DNA of 41,134 nucleotides from Oscillospiraceae bacterium (GCA_017513385.1 JAFXFT010000195.1:1-41134), one strand, 5' to 3'; positions 1 to 7,240 are shown, numbered from the stretch's first letter. Notes: generated from the letters alone by a model not told the origin. Made by a program: numbers and translations.

Positions 1-243
1 ACCGGCGACTACAGCGCCGCCACCAATACCGGCGACTACAGCGCCGCCACCAATACCGGCTACTACAGCGCCGCCACCAACACCGGCGACCGCAGCGCCG
101 CCACCAATACCGGCAACTACAGCGCCGCCACCAATACCGGCTACCGCAGCGCCGCCACCAATACCGGCTACCGCAGCGCCGCCACCAATACCGGCGACCG
201 CAGCGCCGCCACCAATACCGGCGACTACAGCGCCGCCACCGTA
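1..243 (+). repeat. 27-bp in-frame tandem repeat, 9 units (accggcNacNNcagcgccgccaccaaY)
   Basis: Units start at 1, 28, 55, 82, 109, 136, 163, 190 and 217. They differ only at unit nt 7, nt 10-11 and nt 27. Confidence 0.97.
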
Positions 244-456
244 GGAAAAGGCGGAAGTGTCGCCATCGTTACAGGCTTCGATAGCAAGGCTCGCGCCGAT
301 ATCGGGAGCGCCATCGTGGTGTGTGAGCGAGGCGAGTGGAACGGCGAAACGTATCCGCTCCTTGGCATTCGGGCTGCCATCGTAGACGGCGTGGCCCTCA
401 AGGCCAATACGTTTTATAAACTGGTCAACGGCGAGTTTGTGGAGGCGGAGGAATGA
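1..456 (+). CDS. 3' part of the 9-aa-repeat protein (continuation of the CDS starting at 40482); 5'-truncated by the window edge
   Basis: Frame 1 is open from nt 1. It encodes nine units TG[D/Y/N][Y/R]SAATN, then a unique tail VGKGGSVAIVTGFDSKARADIGSAIVV...KLVNGEFVEAEE. The TGA at 454-456 overlaps the next ATG (ATGA). Confidence 0.85.
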   Translation, partial: TGDYSAATNTGDYSAATNTGYYSAATNTGDRSAATNTGNYSAATNTGYRSAATNTGYRSAATNTGDRSAATNTGDYSAATVGKGGSVAIVTGFDSKARADIGSAIVVCERGEWNGETYPLLGIRAAIVDGVALKANTFYKLVNGEFVEAEE

Positions 457-839
457 GCGCTACGGATCGTGCATCCCGCGGACGTGCGGCGCGCAATAAG
501 GGAAAGGTGGGAGAGCGCGAGTTTGCCGCCCTTTGCCGTGAACACGGCTACGACGCCCAGCGCACCGCCCAGAATCGAGGCAAGACCGGCGATGCCGGGG
601 ACGTGGAGGGGCTGCCGGGCATCCACGTAGAGGTAAAGCGCACCGAAACTCTTCGCCTGTGGGATGCACTGGAACAGAGCAAGCGCGATGCCGCAGCCGA
701 TAAGCGAGGCGGCATCCCCATCGTGGCCCACAGACCCAATAAGCGGCCATGGGTCGTCATCATGGAGGCGGAGGACTTCTTCGCCCTCTACAGGGCGTGG
801 GATAACGCAAGAGCGTGTTCACTGGCAAGTAAGCGGTAA
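453..839 (+). CDS. PD-(D/E)XK-type nuclease, possible Holliday-junction resolvase
   Basis: An SD (ggagg) lies upstream and the start is an ATGA overlap. The motif GDAGDVEGLPGIHVEVKR fits D...ExK, and the protein is small and basic. Confidence 0.55.
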   Translation: MSATDRASRGRAARNKGKVGEREFAALCREHGYDAQRTAQNRGKTGDAGDVEGLPGIHVEVKRTETLRLWDALEQSKRDAAADKRGGIPIVAHRPNKRPWVVIMEAEDFFALYRAWDNARACSLASKR

Positions 840-890
840 CCCCACACCAAACAAGAACTTTCGTTCAACGGACATACAGGAGGTATGTAA

Positions 891-1073
891 ATGAAGATTG
901 ACCACATTGCAAACTATATTGAAAATCTTATCAAAGAAGAAATGAGCATCGAGAGCTCCCGAAATGCGAACTACGACCACAGGGGTATTTTGGGGTGCGA
1001 ATCCCAGAGCGCGCTTGAGGTTTGGGAGAAAATTCGCCCGCAGGTAATCAATGCTTTCAAGCATCTTGGATGA
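891..1073 (+). CDS. hypothetical protein (60 aa)
   Basis: The SD aggagg lies 8 nt upstream of the ATG. Confidence 0.6.
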   Translation: MKIDHIANYIENLIKEEMSIESSRNANYDHRGILGCESQSALEVWEKIRPQVINAFKHLG

Positions 1074-1086
1074 GGAGGGGAACAGA

Positions 1087-1470
1087 ATGGAACCTATTAT
1101 TAACCCGTGGGTATTTTATTTCACCAGCGCCGCTGACACCCTGATTGTGTTCGCAGCCATATTTGGTTTTGCCGCTGCCGTCATCGCCATAATCGCGGCT
1201 TCCATGTCGTTGTATGCGTTGGTCGAGTGGGGAGCCGAGGACAAGGATTATATAGCGAGAAAGGCGTTTGCTAAAAAAGCTGCATGGGTTGCTGTCCCGC
1301 TGCTTGTTTTGGCCATTCTCGTTCCCGGTGAACGCACCATCACCAAGATGATCGTCGCACAGAATGTAACCTATGAGCGTATGGACGCGGCGGTTGATGT
1401 GGTGAGTGAGGTGTACAACGACATTATTGGTATTCTTGAGCCTGAATCTGGCGAGGAGGTATCTAAATGA
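1087..1470 (+). CDS. membrane protein, two predicted TM helices
   Basis: The internal ATG at 1087 is preceded by gaggagggg. Hydrophobic stretches are TLIVFAAIFGFAAAVIAIIAASMSLYAL and AAWVAVPLLVLAILVP. Confidence 0.7.
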   Translation: MEPIINPWVFYFTSAADTLIVFAAIFGFAAAVIAIIAASMSLYALVEWGAEDKDYIARKAFAKKAAWVAVPLLVLAILVPGERTITKMIVAQNVTYERMDAAVDVVSEVYNDIIGILEPESGEEVSK

Positions 1471-1652
1471 TTATTACATCCTATATCGTTCGGGTCTGCG
1501 ATACGGACCCGCTCGGCTCCAAACAGAAGAACATCATTCCGTATAAGTTCGTGTCCCGCCGCCGGGCGCTGAACTTTGTCAAGGACGCCATAAGCCGCGG
1601 CTTGCACGTGATGATGAACATGGTGGAACTGGAGACCGAAGATGGAGAATGA
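1467..1652 (+). CDS. hypothetical protein (61 aa)
   Basis: The start is an ATGA overlap with the previous stop, with SD gaggagg upstream. Confidence 0.6.
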   Translation: MIITSYIVRVCDTDPLGSKQKNIIPYKFVSRRRALNFVKDAISRGLHVMMNMVELETEDGE

Positions 1653-1812
1653 GACCGTCTTTGACGAGCTCAAGCAGCTGCGGATCATCTGGGGCTCCAA
1701 GCCTCGGATGAAGCCGCCCAAGCTGAGCATTGACGAGGTCTGCCGCCTTGCAAACGCCGCAGGCATGAGCTACGGCCAGTACGTCGCAGCCATGAAGGAG
1801 GGGAGGATATGA
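1642..1812 (+). CDS. hypothetical small protein (56 aa, below the ORF-track cutoff): MENETVFDELKQLRIIWGSKPRMKPPKLSIDEVCRLANAAGMSYGQYVAAMKEGRI
   Basis: It exactly fills the gap between neighbouring genes. Its stop TGA 1810-1812 overlaps the ATG at 1809 (ATGA). Confidence 0.5.
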   Translation: MENETVFDELKQLRIIWGSKPRMKPPKLSIDEVCRLANAAGMSYGQYVAAMKEGRI

Positions 1813-2517
1813 AGATACTTGTTGCCTGTGAAGAATCGCAGGCCGTAACCAAAGAGCTGCGGCGCTTGGGGCATGAGGCATATAGCTGCGACATCATCGA
1901 GTGCAGCGGTGGTCATCCTGAGTGGCACATCCGACAGGACGTGCTGCAGATACTGAATCCTGGAATGCAGTTAGAAGGGTTATCCCACGAATATTACGGA
2001 ATCAAGCCGTTTGAAACAGAGGACGGCGTGAAGCACTTTGTTAACGGTAAGTGGGATATGCTGATAGCTTTTCCTCCATGCACCTATCTTACCAACGCTG
2101 GTGCGAGGCACTTATGGAAGAATCACGAACTTAATCAGGAGCGATACCAAAAGGGCTTAGAGGCAAAGGCGTTTTTCCTCCAATTCTACAATGCAGATTG
2201 TCCAAGGATAGCTGTAGAAAATCCAACACCAAGCAGGGTTTTTGGACTGCCGAAACATAGCCAAAAGATCCAGCCTTGGCAGTTTGGTCATCCGTTTACC
2301 AAGCGGACGAATTTATCTTAAAGGATTACCGGAATTGAAACCGACAAACATCGTAGAGCCTGAGAGAACTTGGTGTCCCAGCGGATCATATTCCGGCAAG
2401 CACAACGAAAAACATCGTGGCGTGTTTACAACTGACCGCGCCAAAAACCGCAGTAAAACCTTCCCCGGAATTGCAAAGGCTATGGCTGAACAGTGGGCCG
2501 GTGCCGCACAGGAGTAG
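1809..2517 (+). pseudogene. C5-cytosine-methyltransferase-like gene split by a +1 frameshift near 2311-2321
   Basis: Frame A (1809-2321) carries MKILVACEESQ, FPPCTYL (PPC-type motif IV), AVENP (motif VI-like) and QPWQFGHPFTKRT, then stops. Frame B (to 2517) continues YLKGLPELKPT...KTFPGIAKAMAEQWAG. Together they read as one protein family. Confidence 0.7.
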
Positions 2518-2519
2518 TT

Positions 2520-3323
2520 ATGACACAGCACGTATTGTCACTATCCTACGGAAAGGACAGCCTCGCCTGTCTGGGAGCCATTGAGGAGCTCGGTTGGCCG
2601 CTGGATCGCATCGTCCATGCAGAGGTCTGGGCAACGGAGGAAATACCGGCAGACCTGCCGCCGATGGTGGAGTTCAAGGCCAAGGCCGATGCCATCATCA
2701 AAGAGCGGTGGGGCATCGAGGTGGAACACGTCAGAGGTAAAAGAACATACGAGGAATGCTTCTACCTTGTGTGTGGACAACGGCGCGGGAAGGGAAAAAG
2801 CAAATGTTCGGGGAAAATTTACGGATGGCCGTTTCATAATGGCCCTTGGTGCAATTCAAGCCTTAAGCGACACGTCTTAAATAAAGCGACAAAAGGGAGC
2901 GTACAGTATTTGGGAATCGCAGAAGATGAGACGCATCGTTATCATGTACTCTCTGACACAAAGAAAAGCCCGCTTGTTGAGGCTGGTTGGACGGAAGCGG
3001 ACTGTCGACAATGGTGTGAAGAGAATGACCTTCTCTCGCCAATCTACACCACGGCCACAAGAGGCGGCTGCTGGTTTTGCCACAACCAAGGAAAAGGGCA
3101 GCTACGACTCCTCCGCAGGAACTACCCGGAATACTGGGCGCTGATGCTCAAATGGGATCTCGACAGCCATGCTACATTCAAGGACGATGGGCGGACGGTA
3201 CACGATTTTGACCGCCGGTTTCAGATGGAGGACGAGGGACTCATCGACCCAAAAGCTCCGTTTCGATGGGACAGTCTGGGCAAGGAGCTGAACTACAGTT
3301 TATTCGCACAGGAGGGGTTATGA
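2520..3323 (+). CDS. PAPS-reductase / PP-loop ATP-pyrophosphatase family protein
   Basis: SLSYGKDS is an SGGKDS-like PP-loop at the N-terminus, and a C-terminal GGCWFCHNQ cysteine motif is present. The ATG at 2520 follows SD aggag. Confidence 0.75.
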   Translation: MTQHVLSLSYGKDSLACLGAIEELGWPLDRIVHAEVWATEEIPADLPPMVEFKAKADAIIKERWGIEVEHVRGKRTYEECFYLVCGQRRGKGKSKCSGKIYGWPFHNGPWCNSSLKRHVLNKATKGSVQYLGIAEDETHRYHVLSDTKKSPLVEAGWTEADCRQWCEENDLLSPIYTTATRGGCWFCHNQGKGQLRLLRRNYPEYWALMLKWDLDSHATFKDDGRTVHDFDRRFQMEDEGLIDPKAPFRWDSLGKELNYSLFAQEGL

Positions 3324-3610
3324 GCAGAGATAAGAAAACCAACCCGAAGAAGATCCCGGCGACGCAATACGACGTGGAGCGCGCCCGGCGGGAAGGGCGT
3401 TATGAGGGCTTCAACGGCCTTATGAGTATGTTCCTCTGGGTAGCATCGGAGGACTTCGGCTTCACCGACGGGGATCTGGAGAAGCTGCGGGAGCGAATAC
3501 TGTTTTACTGCTCGGAGATATCTGCCGGGCGGCTGAAGCTGGCTGACATTATCTCGGCTCTCAAGGAAGAGCATGACATTACCATTGAGTTGACGGAAAG
3601 GAGGCCGTGA
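3320..3610 (+). CDS. hypothetical protein (96 aa)
   Basis: The ATG at 3320 follows aggagggg and overlaps the previous stop (ATGA). Confidence 0.65.
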   Translation: MSRDKKTNPKKIPATQYDVERARREGRYEGFNGLMSMFLWVASEDFGFTDGDLEKLRERILFYCSEISAGRLKLADIISALKEEHDITIELTERRP

Positions 3611-3652
3611 GTATCTGAAGGGTGGCAGCAAGTACAAAGAACCGGGGGTAGG

Positions 3653-3889
3653 GTGATGGCTGAACTGAAACCGTGTCCGTTTTGTGGTGGAACAAAGCTG
3701 AAGATCGACAGCAAACGGACATTCCAGCATGGGAAAACACGGCATTGTTCTGTAACAGTCCGCTGCATGAAGTGCCATGCCAGAGGCCCGGTTGTCGGAA
3801 TCCAAATGCCGAATAGGCAGTATAACGAGCGTGAAATCTGCGAAAGCGCAGTAATCGAAGCATGGAACAGGAGAGTGGACAATGAGTGA
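3653..3889 (+). CDS. Lar-family restriction-alleviation-like zinc-ribbon protein
   Basis: ELKPCPFCGG...RCMKCHARGP...AVIEAWNRR matches the CPFCG...C..C...AWNRR pattern of Lar-family proteins. The true start may be the ATG at 3656. Confidence 0.6.
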   Translation: MMAELKPCPFCGGTKLKIDSKRTFQHGKTRHCSVTVRCMKCHARGPVVGIQMPNRQYNEREICESAVIEAWNRRVDNE

Positions 3890-4064
3890 AGCCTTGAAAA
3901 AATGTTATCGGTTTCTCTTCCAAAAACATAGTATAGGCTTTATGCGTTTCTGCTATGCCATGCTGATACCGTGTGCTTTTTGCGAAGAATTTTGCCGTTG
4001 GTGGATGCTGTTCATGTGCTTCGTGCAGGCACTTTCTATTCATGCAAAAACAAAGGAGTGGTGA
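3882..4064 (+). CDS. possible small Cys/Phe-rich hydrophobic protein (60 aa)
   Basis: The ATGA start overlaps the Lar-like stop, and its own stop lies 2 nt before the next ATG, so it exactly fills the gap. Its composition is odd and its GC is lower. Confidence 0.35.
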   Translation: MSEALKKCYRFLFQKHSIGFMRFCYAMLIPCAFCEEFCRWWMLFMCFVQALSIHAKTKEW

Positions 4065-4066
4065 CA

Positions 4067-4351
4067 ATGAGGCTGATTGATGCGGACTACTTGGTGAATG
4101 TCATGATTCACAACTGCCCGATTGAAGAGGGCGGGATTCCTGTTGAAGACTTTGCAACGCATAATAGAATCCTCGCATTTTATCCCACCATTGATGCCGT
4201 CCCTGTGGTGCGGTGCAAGGACTGTAAGTTCTGGTTCAGGAATAACGGTCATGATAAAAATGGATGCCCGATAACTGATTCGGACATTTGGATGGACGAT
4301 AGCGATTTTTGCAGCTATGGAGAAAGGAGAGACGATGCTGGAAATCATTGA
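4067..4351 (+). CDS. hypothetical phage protein (MRLIDADYL...VVRCKDCKFW...FCSYGERR)
   Basis: The ATG at 4067 follows aaaggag. The Cys motifs are typical of a recurrent phage family of unknown function. Confidence 0.7.
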   Translation: MRLIDADYLVNVMIHNCPIEEGGIPVEDFATHNRILAFYPTIDAVPVVRCKDCKFWFRNNGHDKNGCPITDSDIWMDDSDFCSYGERRDDAGNH

Positions 4352-4514
4352 TGCAGATATCACGGTGCAGGAGGCCATTGACGTGAACGGTGGCTATTGC
4401 CCCTGTGCCATCGAGCAGAACGAGGACACGCTATGTCCGTGCAGAGAGTTCAGGGAACAGGCCGAGCCGGGTGAATGCCGGTGCGGACGGTATGAGAAAG
4501 TGGAGGTCAAATAA
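4335..4514 (+). CDS. small protein resembling the ferredoxin-thioredoxin-reductase catalytic cysteine motif
   Basis: The pattern is CPC-x10-CPC-x12-CRC (GGYCPCAIEQNEDTLCPCREFREQAEPGECRCGRY). The SD ggagaaaggaga lies upstream. Confidence 0.45.
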   Translation: MLEIIDADITVQEAIDVNGGYCPCAIEQNEDTLCPCREFREQAEPGECRCGRYEKVEVK

Positions 4515-5416
4515 TGGAATTCAAAAAGTATCAGCACATTGAGCGTTTTGGCACTTCCGAAGTGGACGGAATTGAAGTCGGGACCTGCTATGTTTTCCCT
4601 AAAATTGACGGGACGAACGCTTCCGTTTATATGCGGGACGGCGAAATCCGTGCAGCCAGCCGAAACAGAGAGCTGACCATTGAGAACGACAATGCCGGAT
4701 TCTATGCGGCGATCAAGGATGATCCTTATATCGCAGAGTTTTTGAAGTACAACCCGCAGTTTCGCTTATTCGGGGAATGGCTGGTACCGCACAGCCTCCG
4801 CACATATCGGGATACTGCATGGCGGCAATTCTATGTGTTCGACGTATGTTATGAAAACGACAGTGAGGGCGGTCTTGGCTACCTGCACTATGAAAGCTAC
4901 AAGCCTATGCTGCAAGAGTTCGGCATTAACTACATCCCGCCCCCGAAGATCGTCAAAAACGGTGGCGTGGAAGATTTTACAAAACTGCTCGATCAGAACA
5001 ACTTCCTCATCAAAGATGGCTGCGGCTGCGGTGAGGGTATCGTCATTAAAAACTACGATTTCTTCAACCGCTATGGGCGGCAGACGTGGGCGAAAATCGT
5101 AACCAGCGAGTTTAAGGAAAAACACGTCAAAGCAATGGGGGCAGCCGTTGTAACCGGCTCCGTGCTGGAACAGGACATCGTGGAGAAGTTTGTGACGGAG
5201 GCTTTTGTGAAAAAGGAACACACCAAAATCGTCAATGATAATGACGGATGGCAGTCTCGATACATCCCGCAGCTTTTGAGCCGAGTGTACCACGAACTCA
5301 TTTGCGAGGAAATGTGGAATATCCTCAAGGAGTTCCGCAACCCCAAAATCGACTTCCGGGCGCTGAACACCTTCACCACCGCCAAAGTGAAGAAGGTTAT
5401 GCCGGAACTGTTTTAA
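4514..5416 (+). CDS. ATP-dependent RNA ligase, Rnl2-like nucleotidyltransferase
   Basis: Motif I is PKIDGTNAS, motif III LFGEWL, motif IV FYVFDV and motif V GEGIVIKN, followed by KIV. Confidence 0.8.
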   Translation: MEFKKYQHIERFGTSEVDGIEVGTCYVFPKIDGTNASVYMRDGEIRAASRNRELTIENDNAGFYAAIKDDPYIAEFLKYNPQFRLFGEWLVPHSLRTYRDTAWRQFYVFDVCYENDSEGGLGYLHYESYKPMLQEFGINYIPPPKIVKNGGVEDFTKLLDQNNFLIKDGCGCGEGIVIKNYDFFNRYGRQTWAKIVTSEFKEKHVKAMGAAVVTGSVLEQDIVEKFVTEAFVKKEHTKIVNDNDGWQSRYIPQLLSRVYHELICEEMWNILKEFRNPKIDFRALNTFTTAKVKKVMPELF

Positions 5417-5427
5417 AGGGGGTGCGC

Positions 5428-6033
5428 ATGAAAACCGAAATTCTCAAAATCAAGGGCGACTGGCAGGAAGTAGTTGACGACTGCCGAGCAACGGTTAAGA
5501 AGCCGCCTCTTGGTCACGAACCGAGCAGCGAGTTCAAGAAGCGGCTTCTGATCGCGGAACACAGTCCCATCCGAGACATCGTGGTGAAGTTCCGCTGGAA
5601 GAATATTAAATACTGGATTGCGATGCACTGGAAGACCCACACATGGGAGAGCCGTGTGGACACCCAGCGCAACGACCGCCAGAGTCGGTACGACCGAAAC
5701 AAAGCGCCGCAGGAAGCTCCTGTGGATTTCAGCGGCGACCCTAACCTCCAAAACCTGATTGACACATGGAGAAAACGGTTGTGCTATCAGGCCAGCTCTG
5801 AGACGCGGAAGTATGCCGAGGACTTTAAGGTGGCGCTGTACGATGTCGAAGCGGAGATTTCGGACGTTCTCGTGCCAAACTGCGTCTACCGCTGCGGCTG
5901 CCCGGAAAAGGGCATGGGGAAGCCTTGCGGCTGGTTTGATAAGATGGTGGAGAAATGCCCCGACCTTGCCAGTACGGACATTCAGACCCGTTACGATGCC
6001 TACAACCGCATTTTCTGGGGTGATGCGCCATGA
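5428..6033 (+). CDS. divergent ThyX-like (flavin-dependent thymidylate synthase fold) protein
   Basis: AEHSPIRDIVVKFRW..., RQSRY and NLQNLIDTWRKRLCYQASSETRKYAEDF align by eye with ThyX blocks (H.S.lEH..f.F, SQRY, N.R.l.hf..LR.c..AQ.EIR..A). The RHR motif is not conserved (KTH). The ATG at 5428 follows aggggg. Confidence 0.45.
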   Translation: MKTEILKIKGDWQEVVDDCRATVKKPPLGHEPSSEFKKRLLIAEHSPIRDIVVKFRWKNIKYWIAMHWKTHTWESRVDTQRNDRQSRYDRNKAPQEAPVDFSGDPNLQNLIDTWRKRLCYQASSETRKYAEDFKVALYDVEAEISDVLVPNCVYRCGCPEKGMGKPCGWFDKMVEKCPDLASTDIQTRYDAYNRIFWGDAP

Positions 6034-6215
6034 TGTGCCCCTTGTGTTGCAGCGACGATAAAAAGGTAATAGACAGCCGCCCGTTCGGCACCTACCGTCG
6101 CCGGAGATACCAATGCGCCGCCTGCGGCCATAAATGGAACACCATAGAGATCACCAGAGAAGAATACGACGAAATAACAAAGGAGGCTGCCAATGCACTG
6201 CAAATGGGAATATGA
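6030..6215 (+). CDS. NrdR-like zinc-ribbon protein lacking an ATP-cone
   Basis: MCPLCCSDDKKVIDSRPFGTYRRRRYQCAACGHKWNTIE mirrors the NrdR N-terminal MxCPxC...VIDSR...RRRRxCxxCxxRFTTxE. The protein is only 61 aa. Confidence 0.55.
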   Translation: MMCPLCCSDDKKVIDSRPFGTYRRRRYQCAACGHKWNTIEITREEYDEITKEAANALQMGI

Positions 6216-6597
6216 TGAAATCTGTACCAACGATAAAAGCCCGGTCTGCGCGGACTACTGCCCGGTTCCGAACGACCCCGGCCTGTGCCGCTTTGAGGAG
6301 CCGTACACCGACCTCGAATACATCCGCGCCAAACTCGGCGATGCCGAGTTGCTGGCTCAGATCGCCGAAGAATGTAACGAACTGGCCCACGCTTCGCTGA
6401 AGCTGCGCCGGGTGCTGGACGGCACCAACCCCACCCCCGTCACAGAGGAAGAGGCCGTTGCCGCTTTCAGTGAAGAGTATCTCGACCTTATCCTTTGCCT
6501 GCACGTATTCCTGGAGTCGGGCGAAACCCCGGACGAGCTTACGGCGAAACTGCGCCGCTGGTGTGAACGGCTCAAAGCCAAAGAGGCCGGGACATGA
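6193..6597 (+). CDS. MazG-like all-alpha NTP pyrophosphohydrolase domain with an N-terminal Cys-rich segment
   Basis: LLAQIAEECNELAHASLKLRR and EEYLDLILCL resemble the MazG-type EExxE/helix pattern. The SD aaaggagg lies upstream. Confidence 0.4.
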   Translation: MHCKWEYDEICTNDKSPVCADYCPVPNDPGLCRFEEPYTDLEYIRAKLGDAELLAQIAEECNELAHASLKLRRVLDGTNPTPVTEEEAVAAFSEEYLDLILCLHVFLESGETPDELTAKLRRWCERLKAKEAGT

Positions 6598-6791
6598 CCC
6601 CTTTCAGCAGTATCCTATGTGCGGACTGCGCCGGATCCTTTGCAAGGAGATACAGCGTCACGCCGCAGACCGAAACCACCGTGAAAATATCCTGCCGCGT
6701 CTGCGGCAGGATAACGGATGCAAACGTATACGTTATAAGCGAAAAGGAGGTATGCAATGAGAAAATTCATTTACGTCCCTGCGGTGACTGA
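6594..6791 (+). CDS. hypothetical zinc-ribbon-like protein (65 aa)
   Basis: The start is an ATGA overlap. It has two CxxC-like pairs (CADC, CRVC). Confidence 0.55.
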   Translation: MTPFSSILCADCAGSFARRYSVTPQTETTVKISCRVCGRITDANVYVISEKEVCNEKIHLRPCGD

Positions 6792-6805
6792 CCGCCGCTG
6801 ACCCT

Positions 6806-7210
6806 ATGGAAACCGGGCTCACTATGGCCATGCTCTGCGAGTGCGCCAGTAGGAAAGCAGAGCTGGAGGAAGTCAAAGAGAGACTCCGGGAACTCTCCTC
6901 CGTCTATTACCCCAGCGCCGCACAGCTCACCGGCACCCCCGGCGCACACGATGACCACAGCAGCGAAAACGGACCCATCCGCCTTGCGCAGCTCTCCGCC
7001 GTGTACGAGGGTCTGTGCCGGGAACTGGAATGGCAGACCGTGGCCGTTGAGCTGGCCATTGACAGTCTGCCGTCCCTGATGCGCCGCGTCATGCGCTTGT
7101 ATTATATAGATGGAATGGACTTCCCGGACATCGCGCAGGAGATCGGGTATTCCCGCCGCCATACGAAGCGCCTGCATGACCTCGCGGTCGTGAAGCTCGG
7201 AATTGTTTAA
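6806..7210 (+). CDS. ArpU/RinA-like late transcriptional activator (sigma-70 region-4-like HTH)
   Basis: The C-terminal RRVMRLYYIDGMDFPDIAQEIGYSRRHTKRLHDLAVVKL is a region-4-type HTH. It is the last gene of the early arm and is followed by a terminator. Confidence 0.55.
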   Translation: METGLTMAMLCECASRKAELEEVKERLRELSSVYYPSAAQLTGTPGAHDDHSSENGPIRLAQLSAVYEGLCRELEWQTVAVELAIDSLPSLMRRVMRLYYIDGMDFPDIAQEIGYSRRHTKRLHDLAVVKLGIV

Positions 7211-7240
7211 AGCCCCCGAAAGGGGGCTTTTCTTATTTTC
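7209..7240. terminator. bidirectional rho-independent terminator between the convergent early and late arms
   Basis: The stem is aagccccc-gaaa-gggggctt, followed by ttttcttatttt. It lies between the stop at 7210 (+) and the stop at 7233 (-). Confidence 0.85.

Noticed and set aside
225-763. Minus-strand ORFs 225..407, 414..731, 460..750 and 548..763.
   Set aside because: They are antisense to the repeat-protein tail and the PD-(D/E)XK gene. They have Ala/Arg/Pro-rich translations typical of GC-rich antisense frames and no SD.
3882-4064. Treating the lower-GC stretch 3890-4066 as purely intergenic or regulatory.
   Set aside because: The 60-aa ORF starts with an ATGA overlap and ends 2 nt before the next ATG, so coding cannot be excluded. 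It is kept as a low-confidence CDS rather than a regulatory region.
5248-5427. Upstream extensions of ORF-track models: 5248 for the ThyX-like gene. The same applies to 1051, 2493, 3266, 3971, 4317, 26867, 28420, 29399, 30328, 35760, 36917 and 38058.
   Set aside because: The extensions overlap the preceding gene out of frame. In each case an internal ATG or GTG with a proper SD sits at or just after the upstream stop.
6741-6806. Perfect SD (aaaggagg) followed by a 14-codon mini-ORF (6757..6801, MRKFIYVPAVTDRR) ending 4 nt before the late-activator ATG.
   Set aside because: It could be a coupling or leader peptide for a gene that lacks its own SD. It lies inside the 3' end of ORF 6594..6791, so it cannot be told apart from a chance SD-like motif without ribosome profiling.
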